64,000 nucleotides of DNA, taken from NCBI GenBank assembly GCA_036140295.1, contig JAYZYL010000006.1:34276-98275 (forward strand), written 5' to 3'. The notes under the pieces were generated by a model. The model had not been told where the DNA came from. It made no database searches and saw only the letters and a program-made list of their open reading frames with translations. This document shows, piece after piece, positions 55,830 to 64,000 of this stretch. Numbering within the stretch: the stretch's first letter is position 1; each line of letters opens with the position of its first letter. Position numbers and translations under genes: made by a program. This DNA is from Pseudomonadota bacterium. GTDB taxonomy: Bacteria > Pseudomonadota > Gammaproteobacteria > GCA-002705445 > GCA-002716945.

Positions 55830-56711
55830 ATGCCAAAAAAGAAAGCACAAATAACTTTAATTACAGGTTTGTCTGGATCAGGAAAAACAGTGGTATTACG
55901 CTCCCTAGAAGATTTAGGGTTTTACTGTATAGATAATTTATCCCCATTAATGATTCTAAAAATAATTCAATTTACTCAAAACCTAAAAAATGATTTGTAT
56001 AGTAAAGTGGCAATAAGTATAGATATTAGATCTATTAGAATGGATGATAATTTTCAAAAATCTATAGACAAACTTTATTCTTTACTAAAAAAAATTGGAA
56101 TTTCTGTCACGACAGTTTTTCTGTATGCTGAAGAAAAAGTTCTTTTATCTAGATTTAATGCGACAAGACGATTACATCCCTTATCCAGTAAAAAAAATAC
56201 CTTACTTAGTGCACTAAAAAGTGAAGAGAAATCTATGCACTATCTAAAAGAGAAATCTAATTTAATAATTGATACTAGCTCTTTAAATCCATCTGAATTA
56301 AAGAACGAAATAAAGGCAAGGATGTCTGTCTCAGAAAAGAAGAAAAATTTGTCAATTTTAGTTCAATCATTTGGTTACAAAAATGGTCTGCCTATGGATA
56401 GTGATTTTATTTTTGACGTGCGTTGCCTAAAGAATCCATATTGGAATAAAGATTTGCGTCTATTGTCAGGAAAAAATAAAAAAATTAAATCATTTCTAGA
56501 TTCTGATAAGTCAACAAAAAAAATGGAAGATTCTATCACTTCTTTTCTTGATAAATGGATTCCAAGTTTTCTAGATAATGATCGTCATTATTTAACTATC
56601 TCAGTTGGCTGTACTGGCGGCTTGCATAGATCAGTTTTTATAGCAGAAAGAGTTTATAAATATCTTTTGTTGAAATATACTAACACTTTAATCAAGCATA
56701 GAGATTTATAA
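55830..56711 (+). CDS. rapZ: RNase adaptor protein RapZ (YhbJ)
   Basis: Walker A GLSGSGKT, C-terminal RNA-binding region, conserved GCTGGLHRS. Confidence 0.92.
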   Translation: MPKKKAQITLITGLSGSGKTVVLRSLEDLGFYCIDNLSPLMILKIIQFTQNLKNDLYSKVAISIDIRSIRMDDNFQKSIDKLYSLLKKIGISVTTVFLYAEEKVLLSRFNATRRLHPLSSKKNTLLSALKSEEKSMHYLKEKSNLIIDTSSLNPSELKNEIKARMSVSEKKKNLSILVQSFGYKNGLPMDSDFIFDVRCLKNPYWNKDLRLLSGKNKKIKSFLDSDKSTKKMEDSITSFLDKWIPSFLDNDRHYLTISVGCTGGLHRSVFIAERVYKYLLLKYTNTLIKHRDL

Positions 56712-57133
56712 TGAAAGTTGGCTTATTACTTTTAACTCATAATGGCATTGGAACTCAACTTCTGTTGGCGGCCAAGGCTGTCTTTGGAAATATACCATCA
56801 CGAGTAGAAACTTTGCCAGTTGACCACTATGATCAGCCGGCAGATGTAATAAATTTAGCAAAACAATATGTCAAGGTTTTGAATGAAGGGAAGGGAGTCT
56901 TGATTCTTACAGATATGTTTGGGTCAACCCCTAGCAATATTGCTAGTGAATTTTCTAAAGAAAAGAATGTCCGAGTAGTCTCCGGCATTAATTTATCTAT
57001 GTTATTGAATGTTTTTAATTACCCTACTCTATCTCTTAATGCTCTAACTAAAAAAGCATTAGATGGAGGAAGGCAAGGCATTGTTAATATTGAAATTACA
57101 GATGAAAGGAAAAAGTTTAAAAATAACAAATAA
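56711..57133 (+). CDS. PTS EIIA component, mannose/fructose family (no cognate EIIB/C/D nearby)
   Basis: 140-aa PTS_EIIA_4 fold with a candidate phosphorylatable His in LLLTHNGIG. Confidence 0.8.
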   Translation: MKVGLLLLTHNGIGTQLLLAAKAVFGNIPSRVETLPVDHYDQPADVINLAKQYVKVLNEGKGVLILTDMFGSTPSNIASEFSKEKNVRVVSGINLSMLLNVFNYPTLSLNALTKKALDGGRQGIVNIEITDERKKFKNNK

Positions 57134-57368
57134 ATTAGGTTTGCATGCACGTGCAGCAGCCAAAATTGTAGCTTTATCTTCGAAATTCAAATCGAAGATT
57201 ACAATCGCTAATGGCAAAAAAATAGCTGATGCTAAAAGTATTATGAAGATCTTAATGCTTGCAGCTCCCAGAAATACTGAAATTAAGATTAAAACAATTG
57301 GGAAAGATGAGGAGAAAGCAATGAATGCACTTGAAGAATTATTTTTAAGGAAATTTGACGAGGAATAG
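57102..57368 (+). CDS. ptsO: Phosphocarrier protein NPr (HPr paralog of the nitrogen PTS)
   Basis: Aligns with E. coli NPr: KITNKLGLHARAA contains the active His, and the C-terminus is EELFLRKFDEE. Starts at the ATG at 57102 and overlaps the EIIA-Man 3' end by 32 nt. The track start at 57063 adds 13 aa. Confidence 0.85.
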   Translation: MKGKSLKITNKLGLHARAAAKIVALSSKFKSKITIANGKKIADAKSIMKILMLAAPRNTEIKIKTIGKDEEKAMNALEELFLRKFDEE

Positions 57369-57369
57369 G

Positions 57370-59103
57370 ATGACTCTAATTTTAAAAGGCACTGCAGTAT
57401 CCAAAGGAATAGCAATTGGACAAGGTCATTTGTTTAGTAAGGGCCAACCAAATGTTGAAGAAGAGTTCATTAAGAAAAATCTTGTTACAAAAGAAAAAAA
57501 CAGGTTTGATCTTGCAATAAAAGAAACTTTAGATCAGTTTGAATTCATAAAAAGAAATGTAAACCCCTCTATTCAAAGAAATGCCACTATGTTTTTAGAT
57601 ACACATATTTATTTGGTTAAAGATAAGGGGTTTTTAAAAAATATACGAAAGAATATTACAACTAAAAAATTCTCAGCTGAATGGGCAGTTTATTCTGAAT
57701 TAAAAAAAATGAAAAAATCATTTGAGAATATTGGGGACCCCTATATCAAACAAAGGATAGATGACATAAGTCATATAGTTTTAAAAATTCTTGAGAATCT
57801 TGCTAATAAGAAAATTAAACCTTTAAAAAATCTCAAAATTTTTAAGAAATGCATCATTGTTGCCGATGACCTGACCCCTACAGATGTTTTAATTATGCAT
57901 GAGTCAAATGTCCTAGGTTTAATTTCTGAATTTGGTGGTGCATCTTCACATAGTTCAATTTTGACAAGAAGCCTAGAAATACCAACAGTTGTTGGAGCAA
58001 AAAATGTTCAGTCAATTATTAAAGATAAAGACATCATAATTCTTGATGGAAATGAAGGAAATATAATCTTAAACCCTGATAAAAAAGCGTTAACTTATTA
58101 TAAAGACCTTCAAAAAAATTATTTAAAAGAGAAAAAAGCATTATCAACTGTACTAAAGAAAAGTAATGTTACTTTAGACAAAAAAAACGTAGAGATTATG
58201 ATAAACCTTGAATTACCTCAAGAATTAAAAATTATTAATAAAACAAATATAGACGGCATTGGTCTCTTTAGAACTGAATATCTCTATGCAGACAGAAAAG
58301 ATCTGCCAACAGAAGATGAACAATTTGCTGCTTATAAGAAAATTATTTCAAAAATGAAAAATTTACCAGTTATCTTCCGAACACTTGACGTTGGTTCAGA
58401 TAAAGAAGTTTCTGAAAATATAAAGACTGGTTCAGTTGCTAAAAATCCAGCTCTTGGTTTAAGGGGAATAAGACATAGTTTATTTGAGAAAAATATTTTC
58501 ATTAGTCAAATAAAGGCAATTTTACGTGCTGGATATTTTGGAAGAATTAAAATTCTTCTTCCTATGATTACTAATTTGTCTGAAGTAAAGGCATCATTAA
58601 ATCTAATAGCGGAAGCAAAAAATAAGCTGGAATCTGAAAAAAAGAAATTCTCTAGTGATTTTGAAATAGGTATCATGATTGAAGTTCCTTCATCTGCAGT
58701 TTTGGCAAAGAGATTTGCTAAACACGTAGACTTTTTTTCAATAGGTACAAATGACCTTGTTCAATATACTTTAGCAATAGACAGAATTGATGATGAGGTT
58801 AATTACCTATATGACCCTCTTAATTCAGCAGTTTTAAGTTTAGTAAAAATGACCATTGATGCGGGAGCAACAAACAATATACCAGTTGCCATTTGTGGGG
58901 AAATGGCGGGAGACAGTAAATATACTAGGCTATTAATGGGAATGGGGCTTACATCTTTTAGTATGCATCCGAGCGCCATACCTGAAGTAAAAAATATTAT
59001 AACTAATACCGATACCACTAAAATTCAAAAAATCTCTGAACAGATAATGAATTCTGACGATGTTGATGAGAAAAATAAATTACTCAAGATTTTGAATAGT
59101 TAA
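57370..59103 (+). CDS. ptsI: Phosphoenolpyruvate-protein phosphotransferase (Enzyme I), no GAF domain
   Basis: 577 aa from the ATG at 57370 (MTLILKGTAVSKGIAIG), with a GAGGAA Shine-Dalgarno. Phospho-His region GGASSHSSILTRSLEIPTVVG and a PEP-binding TIM barrel. The track start at 57355 is a TTG. Confidence 0.9.
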   Translation: MTLILKGTAVSKGIAIGQGHLFSKGQPNVEEEFIKKNLVTKEKNRFDLAIKETLDQFEFIKRNVNPSIQRNATMFLDTHIYLVKDKGFLKNIRKNITTKKFSAEWAVYSELKKMKKSFENIGDPYIKQRIDDISHIVLKILENLANKKIKPLKNLKIFKKCIIVADDLTPTDVLIMHESNVLGLISEFGGASSHSSILTRSLEIPTVVGAKNVQSIIKDKDIIILDGNEGNIILNPDKKALTYYKDLQKNYLKEKKALSTVLKKSNVTLDKKNVEIMINLELPQELKIINKTNIDGIGLFRTEYLYADRKDLPTEDEQFAAYKKIISKMKNLPVIFRTLDVGSDKEVSENIKTGSVAKNPALGLRGIRHSLFEKNIFISQIKAILRAGYFGRIKILLPMITNLSEVKASLNLIAEAKNKLESEKKKFSSDFEIGIMIEVPSSAVLAKRFAKHVDFFSIGTNDLVQYTLAIDRIDDEVNYLYDPLNSAVLSLVKMTIDAGATNNIPVAICGEMAGDSKYTRLLMGMGLTSFSMHPSAIPEVKNIITNTDTTKIQKISEQIMNSDDVDEKNKLLKILNS

Positions 59104-59191
59104 ATTTTCTAATTACAAGTACATCCATATCTACTAAATAATAAATTAAATTTTGTTTGGTAATCAATTTGATTATGTAGATAATGGATAC

Positions 59192-60559
59192 ATGGAGACA
59201 GAAAATAAAACAGCTGATAACTCTATAACTCTGGATCAATTAACAGAGGTACTTGACAGTGGTGCAATTTTAAAAGCAAGAAACTTATTAAACTCATTAT
59301 ATCCATCTGAAATTGCTGATGTTATAGAGGGTGTACCAAGAAATCGTAGAGATTTATTATGGAGATTAGTTGATAATAATAATAAAGGTGAAACTCTTGC
59401 TGAATTAACAGAAGAAGTCAGGATTAATTTACTTGATGAATTAATTGATAAAGATGGGCCAGAGGGTCTAGTTGAAATAGCAAAAAAACTAGATACTGAT
59501 GATTTAGCCGATATTATTAAATCCCTACCAAGACATCTAACAAAACAAACAGTAAAAAGTCTTGATAGACAAAACCAAGAAAGACTTCGAAGAGTATTAT
59601 CTTTTCCAGATGATACCGCTGGCGGTCTTATGAATACAGATACTATTAGTATTCGTAGAAACATAACCATTGATGTATTGCTAAAATACCTACGAAAACT
59701 AAAAAGTTTGCCTGAGCAAACGGATAGAATTTTTGTAACTGATAAAATGGATAAGTATTATGGGTTTGTTTCGGTGAATGATTTATTGGTTGCCGATCCA
59801 GCTAAAATTGTTTCAGAAATTATGACTGAAGATAAGGAAGTGATATTGTCAGATACAAACCAGCATGAGGTCGCAAGAAAGTTTGAAAATGCAGATTTGG
59901 TATCAGCTGCAGTTGTTGATCATGAGGGCATCCTGCTTGGAAGAATAACAATTGATGATGTTGTTGATGTTATTAGAGAAGAGGCCGATGAATCTGTTCT
60001 TAATATGGCTGGATTAAAAAAAGATGATGACATTTTTGCTCCTATTATTCAAAGCACTAAAAGAAGGGTGTTATGGCTTGGCGCTAATTTAATCACGGCT
60101 CTACTTGCGGCAGCTTCTATTGGTTTGTTTGAAGCTACTATTGAAAAAATTGTTGCACTAGCAATACTAATGCCAATAGTTGCTAGCATGGGAGGAATAG
60201 CTGGTAGCCAAAGTCTTGCCTTAGTTATTAGAGCTCAGGCTTTAGATCAAATTGGGTATACTAATTCAAAGTCCTTAATTTTAAAAGAATCAGCAATAGG
60301 TTTTCTTAATGGCCTTTTATGGTCTTCGGTTGTAGCTCTCTTAACTTATTTATGGTTTGGAAGAGTTGACCTTGGACTGGTAATAGCTGCTGCCTTAATG
60401 ATAAACCTGGTAATAGGAGCTGTAAGCGGAGTTGGATTACCATTGATCTTAACAAAACTAAATATTGATCCGGCCTTGGCAGGTGGGGTAATTCTGACAA
60501 CAATTACAGATGTTGTTGGCTTCATTTCATTGCTGGGAATTGCAACCCTGATGATATAA
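59192..60559 (+). CDS. mgtE: Magnesium transporter MgtE
   Basis: N-terminal MgtE_N domain, CBS pair and five C-terminal TM helices with the conserved GNLV..DPA segment. First in-frame ATG is at 59192; the track start at 59153 is a TTG. Confidence 0.9.
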   Translation: METENKTADNSITLDQLTEVLDSGAILKARNLLNSLYPSEIADVIEGVPRNRRDLLWRLVDNNNKGETLAELTEEVRINLLDELIDKDGPEGLVEIAKKLDTDDLADIIKSLPRHLTKQTVKSLDRQNQERLRRVLSFPDDTAGGLMNTDTISIRRNITIDVLLKYLRKLKSLPEQTDRIFVTDKMDKYYGFVSVNDLLVADPAKIVSEIMTEDKEVILSDTNQHEVARKFENADLVSAAVVDHEGILLGRITIDDVVDVIREEADESVLNMAGLKKDDDIFAPIIQSTKRRVLWLGANLITALLAAASIGLFEATIEKIVALAILMPIVASMGGIAGSQSLALVIRAQALDQIGYTNSKSLILKESAIGFLNGLLWSSVVALLTYLWFGRVDLGLVIAAALMINLVIGAVSGVGLPLILTKLNIDPALAGGVILTTITDVVGFISLLGIATLMI

Positions 60560-60629
60560 GGATTATTAGAAAAATCTAATACTCTAATATTATTTTCAAC
60601 AGCTTTTCCACAGGATTTCTACATTAAAA

Positions 60630-60677
60630 ACACAATATATTGTGTTATTGAATAGTTACAACCACAATACTTAGTGC
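60630..60677 (+). promoter_or_regulatory. Tandem NrdR-box-like palindromes upstream of nrdA
   Basis: ACACAATATATTGTGT (60630-60645) is a perfect 16-bp palindrome matching the NrdR-box consensus acaCwAtATaTwGtgt. A degenerate second copy CCACAATACTTAGTGC sits at 60662-60677, with centre-to-centre spacing of 32 bp (about 3 helical turns). They lie 38-85 bp upstream of the nrdA ATG. Confidence 0.5.
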
Positions 60678-60714
60678 TATAATTACTAATCCACTAAACT
60701 ATAACTATAACAAG

Positions 60715-63588
60715 ATGGCATCAAAAGAAGAAAATCAAGGGTTGGAAACGCAGGGTCAATTAAAACAATCTGTAAGAACCAGCTATTCAAGTGCTCCTCC
60801 CGTACCTGGTAAATACAGGGTAATGAGAAGAAATGGGAAAGTCACGTCATATGATTTACAAAAGATTGTTGTTGCTATGACAAAAGCTTTTTTGAGTGTT
60901 GAAGGCAGTAGTGCTGCAGCGTCAACAAGAATACATAATGAAGTAAATATGCTTTCTGAACAGGTAAATGAAGTGATAACAAAAAGATACCCTGAAGGGG
61001 GTGTGTTACATATTGAGGATATACAGGATCAGGTAGAATTAGCGATTATGAGAGCTGGATATCAGGATGTAGCAAGAGCATATGTACTGTATCGTGAAGA
61101 AAGAGCAAAAGAGAGAAATCAAAACAACTTATCTGATGAAGATGATTTACCTATCACAAAAAATATTTTGTTAAGTGATGGATCAAGTGTACCTCTAGAT
61201 TTAAAAAAATTTGGCACTTCAATTAAAGATTGTTGTGATGGAATTAGCGGTGTTTCAGAAAAGTTAGTTTTTGAGACAATAAATAAAAATATATATGATG
61301 GGATAAAAAAAGAGGATCTATCTAGCTCTATTCTAATTTCAGTTAGACCTCTAATTGAAAAGGATCCTAATTATTCATATGTTACTGCAAGAATATTATT
61401 AAAAACCATTAATGAAGAAGCTTTGTCGTTTTTGGGTTTTGAAAATACTAATCCTTTGTTTGATGAAATGCAAAGTATTTATCCTGATTATTTTAAAAAA
61501 TACATAGAAAAAGCTTCTGATCTTAAACTATTAGATCCTGAATTATTAAATTATGATTTGGATTTTATTTCTAAAAATTTAGATGTAAGTAGAGATATGT
61601 CATTCACCTATCTTGGTCTTCAGACCCTTTATGATAGATATTTTATTCATCATAATGAGAACAGGTTTGAGTTGCCTCAAGCTTTTTTCATGCGAGTTGC
61701 AATGGGTCTAGCAATTAATGAGAAAAATAGAGAAGAACGTACAGTAGAGTTTTATAAATTACTTTCCTCTTTTGATTTTATGTCTAGTACACCAACTCTT
61801 TTTAATTCTGGAACTCTTAGACCTCAACTTTCATCTTGTTACCTTTCCACTATGCCAGATGACTTAAAAGGTATCTTTGAAGGTATAAGTGACGATGCAA
61901 TGTTATCAAAGTTTGCTGGAGGGCTTGGAAATGATTGGTCTCAAGTGCGAGCTCTTGGGTCTTATATTAAGGGCACTAATGGTAAAAGCCAGGGTGTAAT
62001 TCCATTTTTGAAAGTGGCTAATGATACAGCTGTAGCTGTCAATCAAGGTGGAAAAAGAAAAGGGGCAATGTGTGCATATTTAGAAACCTGGCATCTTGAT
62101 ATCGAACAATTTTTAGAGCTTAGGAAAAACACTGGTGACGATAGGAGAAGAACTCATGATATGAATACTGCCAACTGGATACCTGATTTATTTATGAAGA
62201 GAGTTCATTCTGAAAAACAATGGACTTTATTTTCTCCAATTGATGTACAAAAACTTCATGATTTAACAGGTCTTGAGTTTGAAAAAGCATATGAACATTA
62301 TGAAAAATTAGCTGAAGATGGAAAAATAACTAATTTTAAGAAAGTGAATGCAGTAGACCTATGGAGAAAGATTCTTAGTATGTTATTTGAAACAGGACAT
62401 CCTTGGATTACCTTTAAAGATCCTTGTAATATTAGATCTCCTCAACAACATACAGGTGTTGTTCATTCTTCTAATTTATGTACAGAAATTACTTTAAATA
62501 CATCAAAAGAAGAAATAGCTGTCTGTAATTTAGGTTCTGTTAATTTAGCAGCTCACATAAATGATGAAAAAGAACTTGATATTAAAAAGCTTGAAAAAAC
62601 TATTGAAACAGCAATTAGGATGTTAGATAACGTTATTGACTATAACTATTACAGTGTTGGAAAAGCCAAAACGTCCAATTTTAGACACAGACCAATTGGT
62701 TTGGGTTTAATGGGATTTCAAGATGCTTTGTATAAATTAAGAGTCCCTTATGCATCCCAGGATGCCGTTGAATTTGCAGATAAAAGTATGGAATATATTA
62801 GTTATTTTGCGCTTCATTCATCTATGAAATTAGCTAAAGAGCGAGGCTCTTATGAATCTTTTGATGGATCATTATGGAGTAAAGGTATTTTACCGATAGA
62901 TAGCTTAAAAATTCTCAAAAAAATAAGGGGGCAGTATTTAGATATAAATTTTGATCAAAATTTAGATTGGGATGGTTTAAGAGAGGAAATAAAAGCTAAT
63001 GGAATGAGAAATTCAAACACGCTTGCCATAGCTCCTACAGCAACCATTTCAAATATATGTGGTGTATCACAATCAATTGAGCCAACCTATCAAAATCTCT
63101 ATGTTAAATCTAATCTCTCTGGCGAATTTACCGTCATAAACCCATACCTAATTAATGACTTTAAAAAAAATAATATATGGGATGAGGTTATGATTAAGGA
63201 CCTAAAATATTTTGATGGCCAATTGTCTTCAATAAATAGAGTTCCAGATGAACTTAAATCTCTGTATGCAACTTGTTTTGAAATTGATACTCGATGGCTA
63301 GTTGAAGCAGCTGCAAGAAGACAAAAATGGATCGACCAATCTCAATCATTGAATTTATATATTTCAGGCACTGATGGAAAAAAACTTGATAGTGCATATA
63401 AACTTGCCTGGATAAGAGGGCTCAAAACTACTTACTATCTTCGTTCTTTAGGTGCAACACATGTTGAAAAAAGCACTGCTGATAATACCAACTCTAAATT
63501 AAATGCTGTAAAAAATAATGGATCAAATGATTCAGTGGAAGATGCTCAATGCTTAATTGATGACCCTGATTGTGAGGCCTGCCAATGA
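60715..63588 (+). CDS. nrdA: Ribonucleoside-diphosphate reductase alpha subunit, class Ia
   Basis: 957 aa with N-terminal ATP-cone(s) (VMRRNGKVTSYDLQKI), catalytic cysteines in the ten-stranded barrel region, and the C-terminal Cys pair CEAC. Confidence 0.96.
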   Translation: MASKEENQGLETQGQLKQSVRTSYSSAPPVPGKYRVMRRNGKVTSYDLQKIVVAMTKAFLSVEGSSAAASTRIHNEVNMLSEQVNEVITKRYPEGGVLHIEDIQDQVELAIMRAGYQDVARAYVLYREERAKERNQNNLSDEDDLPITKNILLSDGSSVPLDLKKFGTSIKDCCDGISGVSEKLVFETINKNIYDGIKKEDLSSSILISVRPLIEKDPNYSYVTARILLKTINEEALSFLGFENTNPLFDEMQSIYPDYFKKYIEKASDLKLLDPELLNYDLDFISKNLDVSRDMSFTYLGLQTLYDRYFIHHNENRFELPQAFFMRVAMGLAINEKNREERTVEFYKLLSSFDFMSSTPTLFNSGTLRPQLSSCYLSTMPDDLKGIFEGISDDAMLSKFAGGLGNDWSQVRALGSYIKGTNGKSQGVIPFLKVANDTAVAVNQGGKRKGAMCAYLETWHLDIEQFLELRKNTGDDRRRTHDMNTANWIPDLFMKRVHSEKQWTLFSPIDVQKLHDLTGLEFEKAYEHYEKLAEDGKITNFKKVNAVDLWRKILSMLFETGHPWITFKDPCNIRSPQQHTGVVHSSNLCTEITLNTSKEEIAVCNLGSVNLAAHINDEKELDIKKLEKTIETAIRMLDNVIDYNYYSVGKAKTSNFRHRPIGLGLMGFQDALYKLRVPYASQDAVEFADKSMEYISYFALHSSMKLAKERGSYESFDGSLWSKGILPIDSLKILKKIRGQYLDINFDQNLDWDGLREEIKANGMRNSNTLAIAPTATISNICGVSQSIEPTYQNLYVKSNLSGEFTVINPYLINDFKKNNIWDEVMIKDLKYFDGQLSSINRVPDELKSLYATCFEIDTRWLVEAAARRQKWIDQSQSLNLYISGTDGKKLDSAYKLAWIRGLKTTYYLRSLGATHVEKSTADNTNSKLNAVKNNGSNDSVEDAQCLIDDPDCEACQ

Positions 63589-63773
63589 TAAACATCCCAC
63601 TTGAATTTATGATTTATGTTATTGCTATACCGATTGCAGTAACCCTATCAATTACTTATTATATTTTTGACCTAAAAAGAACCGATGAGGAAAATAAAGT
63701 AAAGAAAAACTCCGTGACAAGTACGCATGGAGTAACAATAGAACACATAATTAAATATAAAGAGGAAAAATAA
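63585..63773 (+). CDS. Hypothetical small membrane protein (62 aa) between nrdA and nrdB
   Basis: ATG overlaps the nrdA TGA (ATGA overlap). It has one predicted TM helix (FMIYVIAIPIAVTLSITYYIF) and a Lys/Glu-rich tail. Its 3' end carries the AAGAGGA Shine-Dalgarno for nrdB. Possibly spurious. Confidence 0.3.
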   Translation: MINIPLEFMIYVIAIPIAVTLSITYYIFDLKRTDEENKVKKNSVTSTHGVTIEHIIKYKEEK

Positions 63774-63775
63774 TC

Positions 63776-64000
63776 ATGTATAACTGGGATGATCCAATAA
63801 ATGAATCGCTGAAAAAAGTTGAAGTAGATAAGAAAATTGAAGATGTAGCTCATGAACAAACTATTGAATCTGGTGATAAGAAAAATTCTCAAGAAGGGCT
63901 TACTGGTTTTGAGAACATAGAAAAAGGCGCAGATAGAATCCAAGTAGATGATAAAGCGATTATAAATTGTAGAGCTGATCTTAATCAGCTTGTTCCTTTT
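63776..64000 (+). CDS. nrdB: Ribonucleoside-diphosphate reductase beta subunit, N-terminal fragment (continues past window end)
   Basis: My own translation reads MYNWDDPINESLKK...VDDKAIINCRADLNQLVPF, matching the N-terminal INCRADVNQLVP motif of proteobacterial NrdB. Strong Shine-Dalgarno AAGAGGA 8 nt upstream. Not in the supplied ORF track because it has no in-window stop. Confidence 0.8.
   Translation, partial: MYNWDDPINESLKKVEVDKKIEDVAHEQTIESGDKKNSQEGLTGFENIEKGADRIQVDDKAIINCRADLNQLVPF

Noticed and set aside
59236-59670. 144-aa minus-strand ORF
   Set aside because: Antisense inside mgtE. Arg/Ser-rich, no motif.

Overview
This is a 64-kb stretch of a very AT-rich (roughly 30% GC), densely packed genome. 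Almost all of it is coding, many genes overlap by 1-16 nt, and the gene order is that of a core gammaproteobacterial chromosome. I saw no rRNA, CRISPR array, IS element, integrase or phage genes. Gene content from left to right, with strand in parentheses:

- (+) 3' part of an oxalate/formate-antiporter-family MFS transporter, cut by the window start.
- (-) Translation and RNA block: metY (initiator tRNA), rimP, nusA, infB, rbfA, truB, rpsO, pnp, followed by a duplicated stand-alone S1-domain ORF.
- (-) Complete 14-gene NADH dehydrogenase I operon nuoA to nuoN, with nuoC and nuoD as separate genes.
- (-) tRNA-Leu(GAG), secG, tpiA, glmM, folP, ftsH, rlmE.
- (+) tpx and a dicarboxylate/amino-acid:cation symporter.
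- (-) carB, carA, rsmI.
- (+) gmhA/diaA-like SIS protein.
- (-) sspA and the cytochrome bc1 genes petC, petB, petA.
- (+) DegS-like protease.
- (-) hisD, a DAHP synthase, hisG, murA.
- (+) A long translationally coupled operon: mlaA, yrbG, kdsD, kdsC, lptC, lptB, rpoN, ptsN, rapZ, EIIA-Man, npr, ptsI.
- (+) mgtE, then nrdA, a small ORF, and the 5' end of nrdB, with a pair of NrdR boxes ahead of nrdA.

The most interesting locus is 46.0-50.0 kb. In E. coli, mlaFEDCB sits between murA and the yrbG operon. Here that slot holds an MMPL/HpnN-type RND exporter, a lone mlaC and mlaA, with no mlaF/E/D/B in the window. This could be a lipid-trafficking module powered by an RND pump instead of the ABC transporter.

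The ORF track uses non-ATG (TTG) starts for several genes. I moved those starts to the conserved in-frame ATG where homology supports it.
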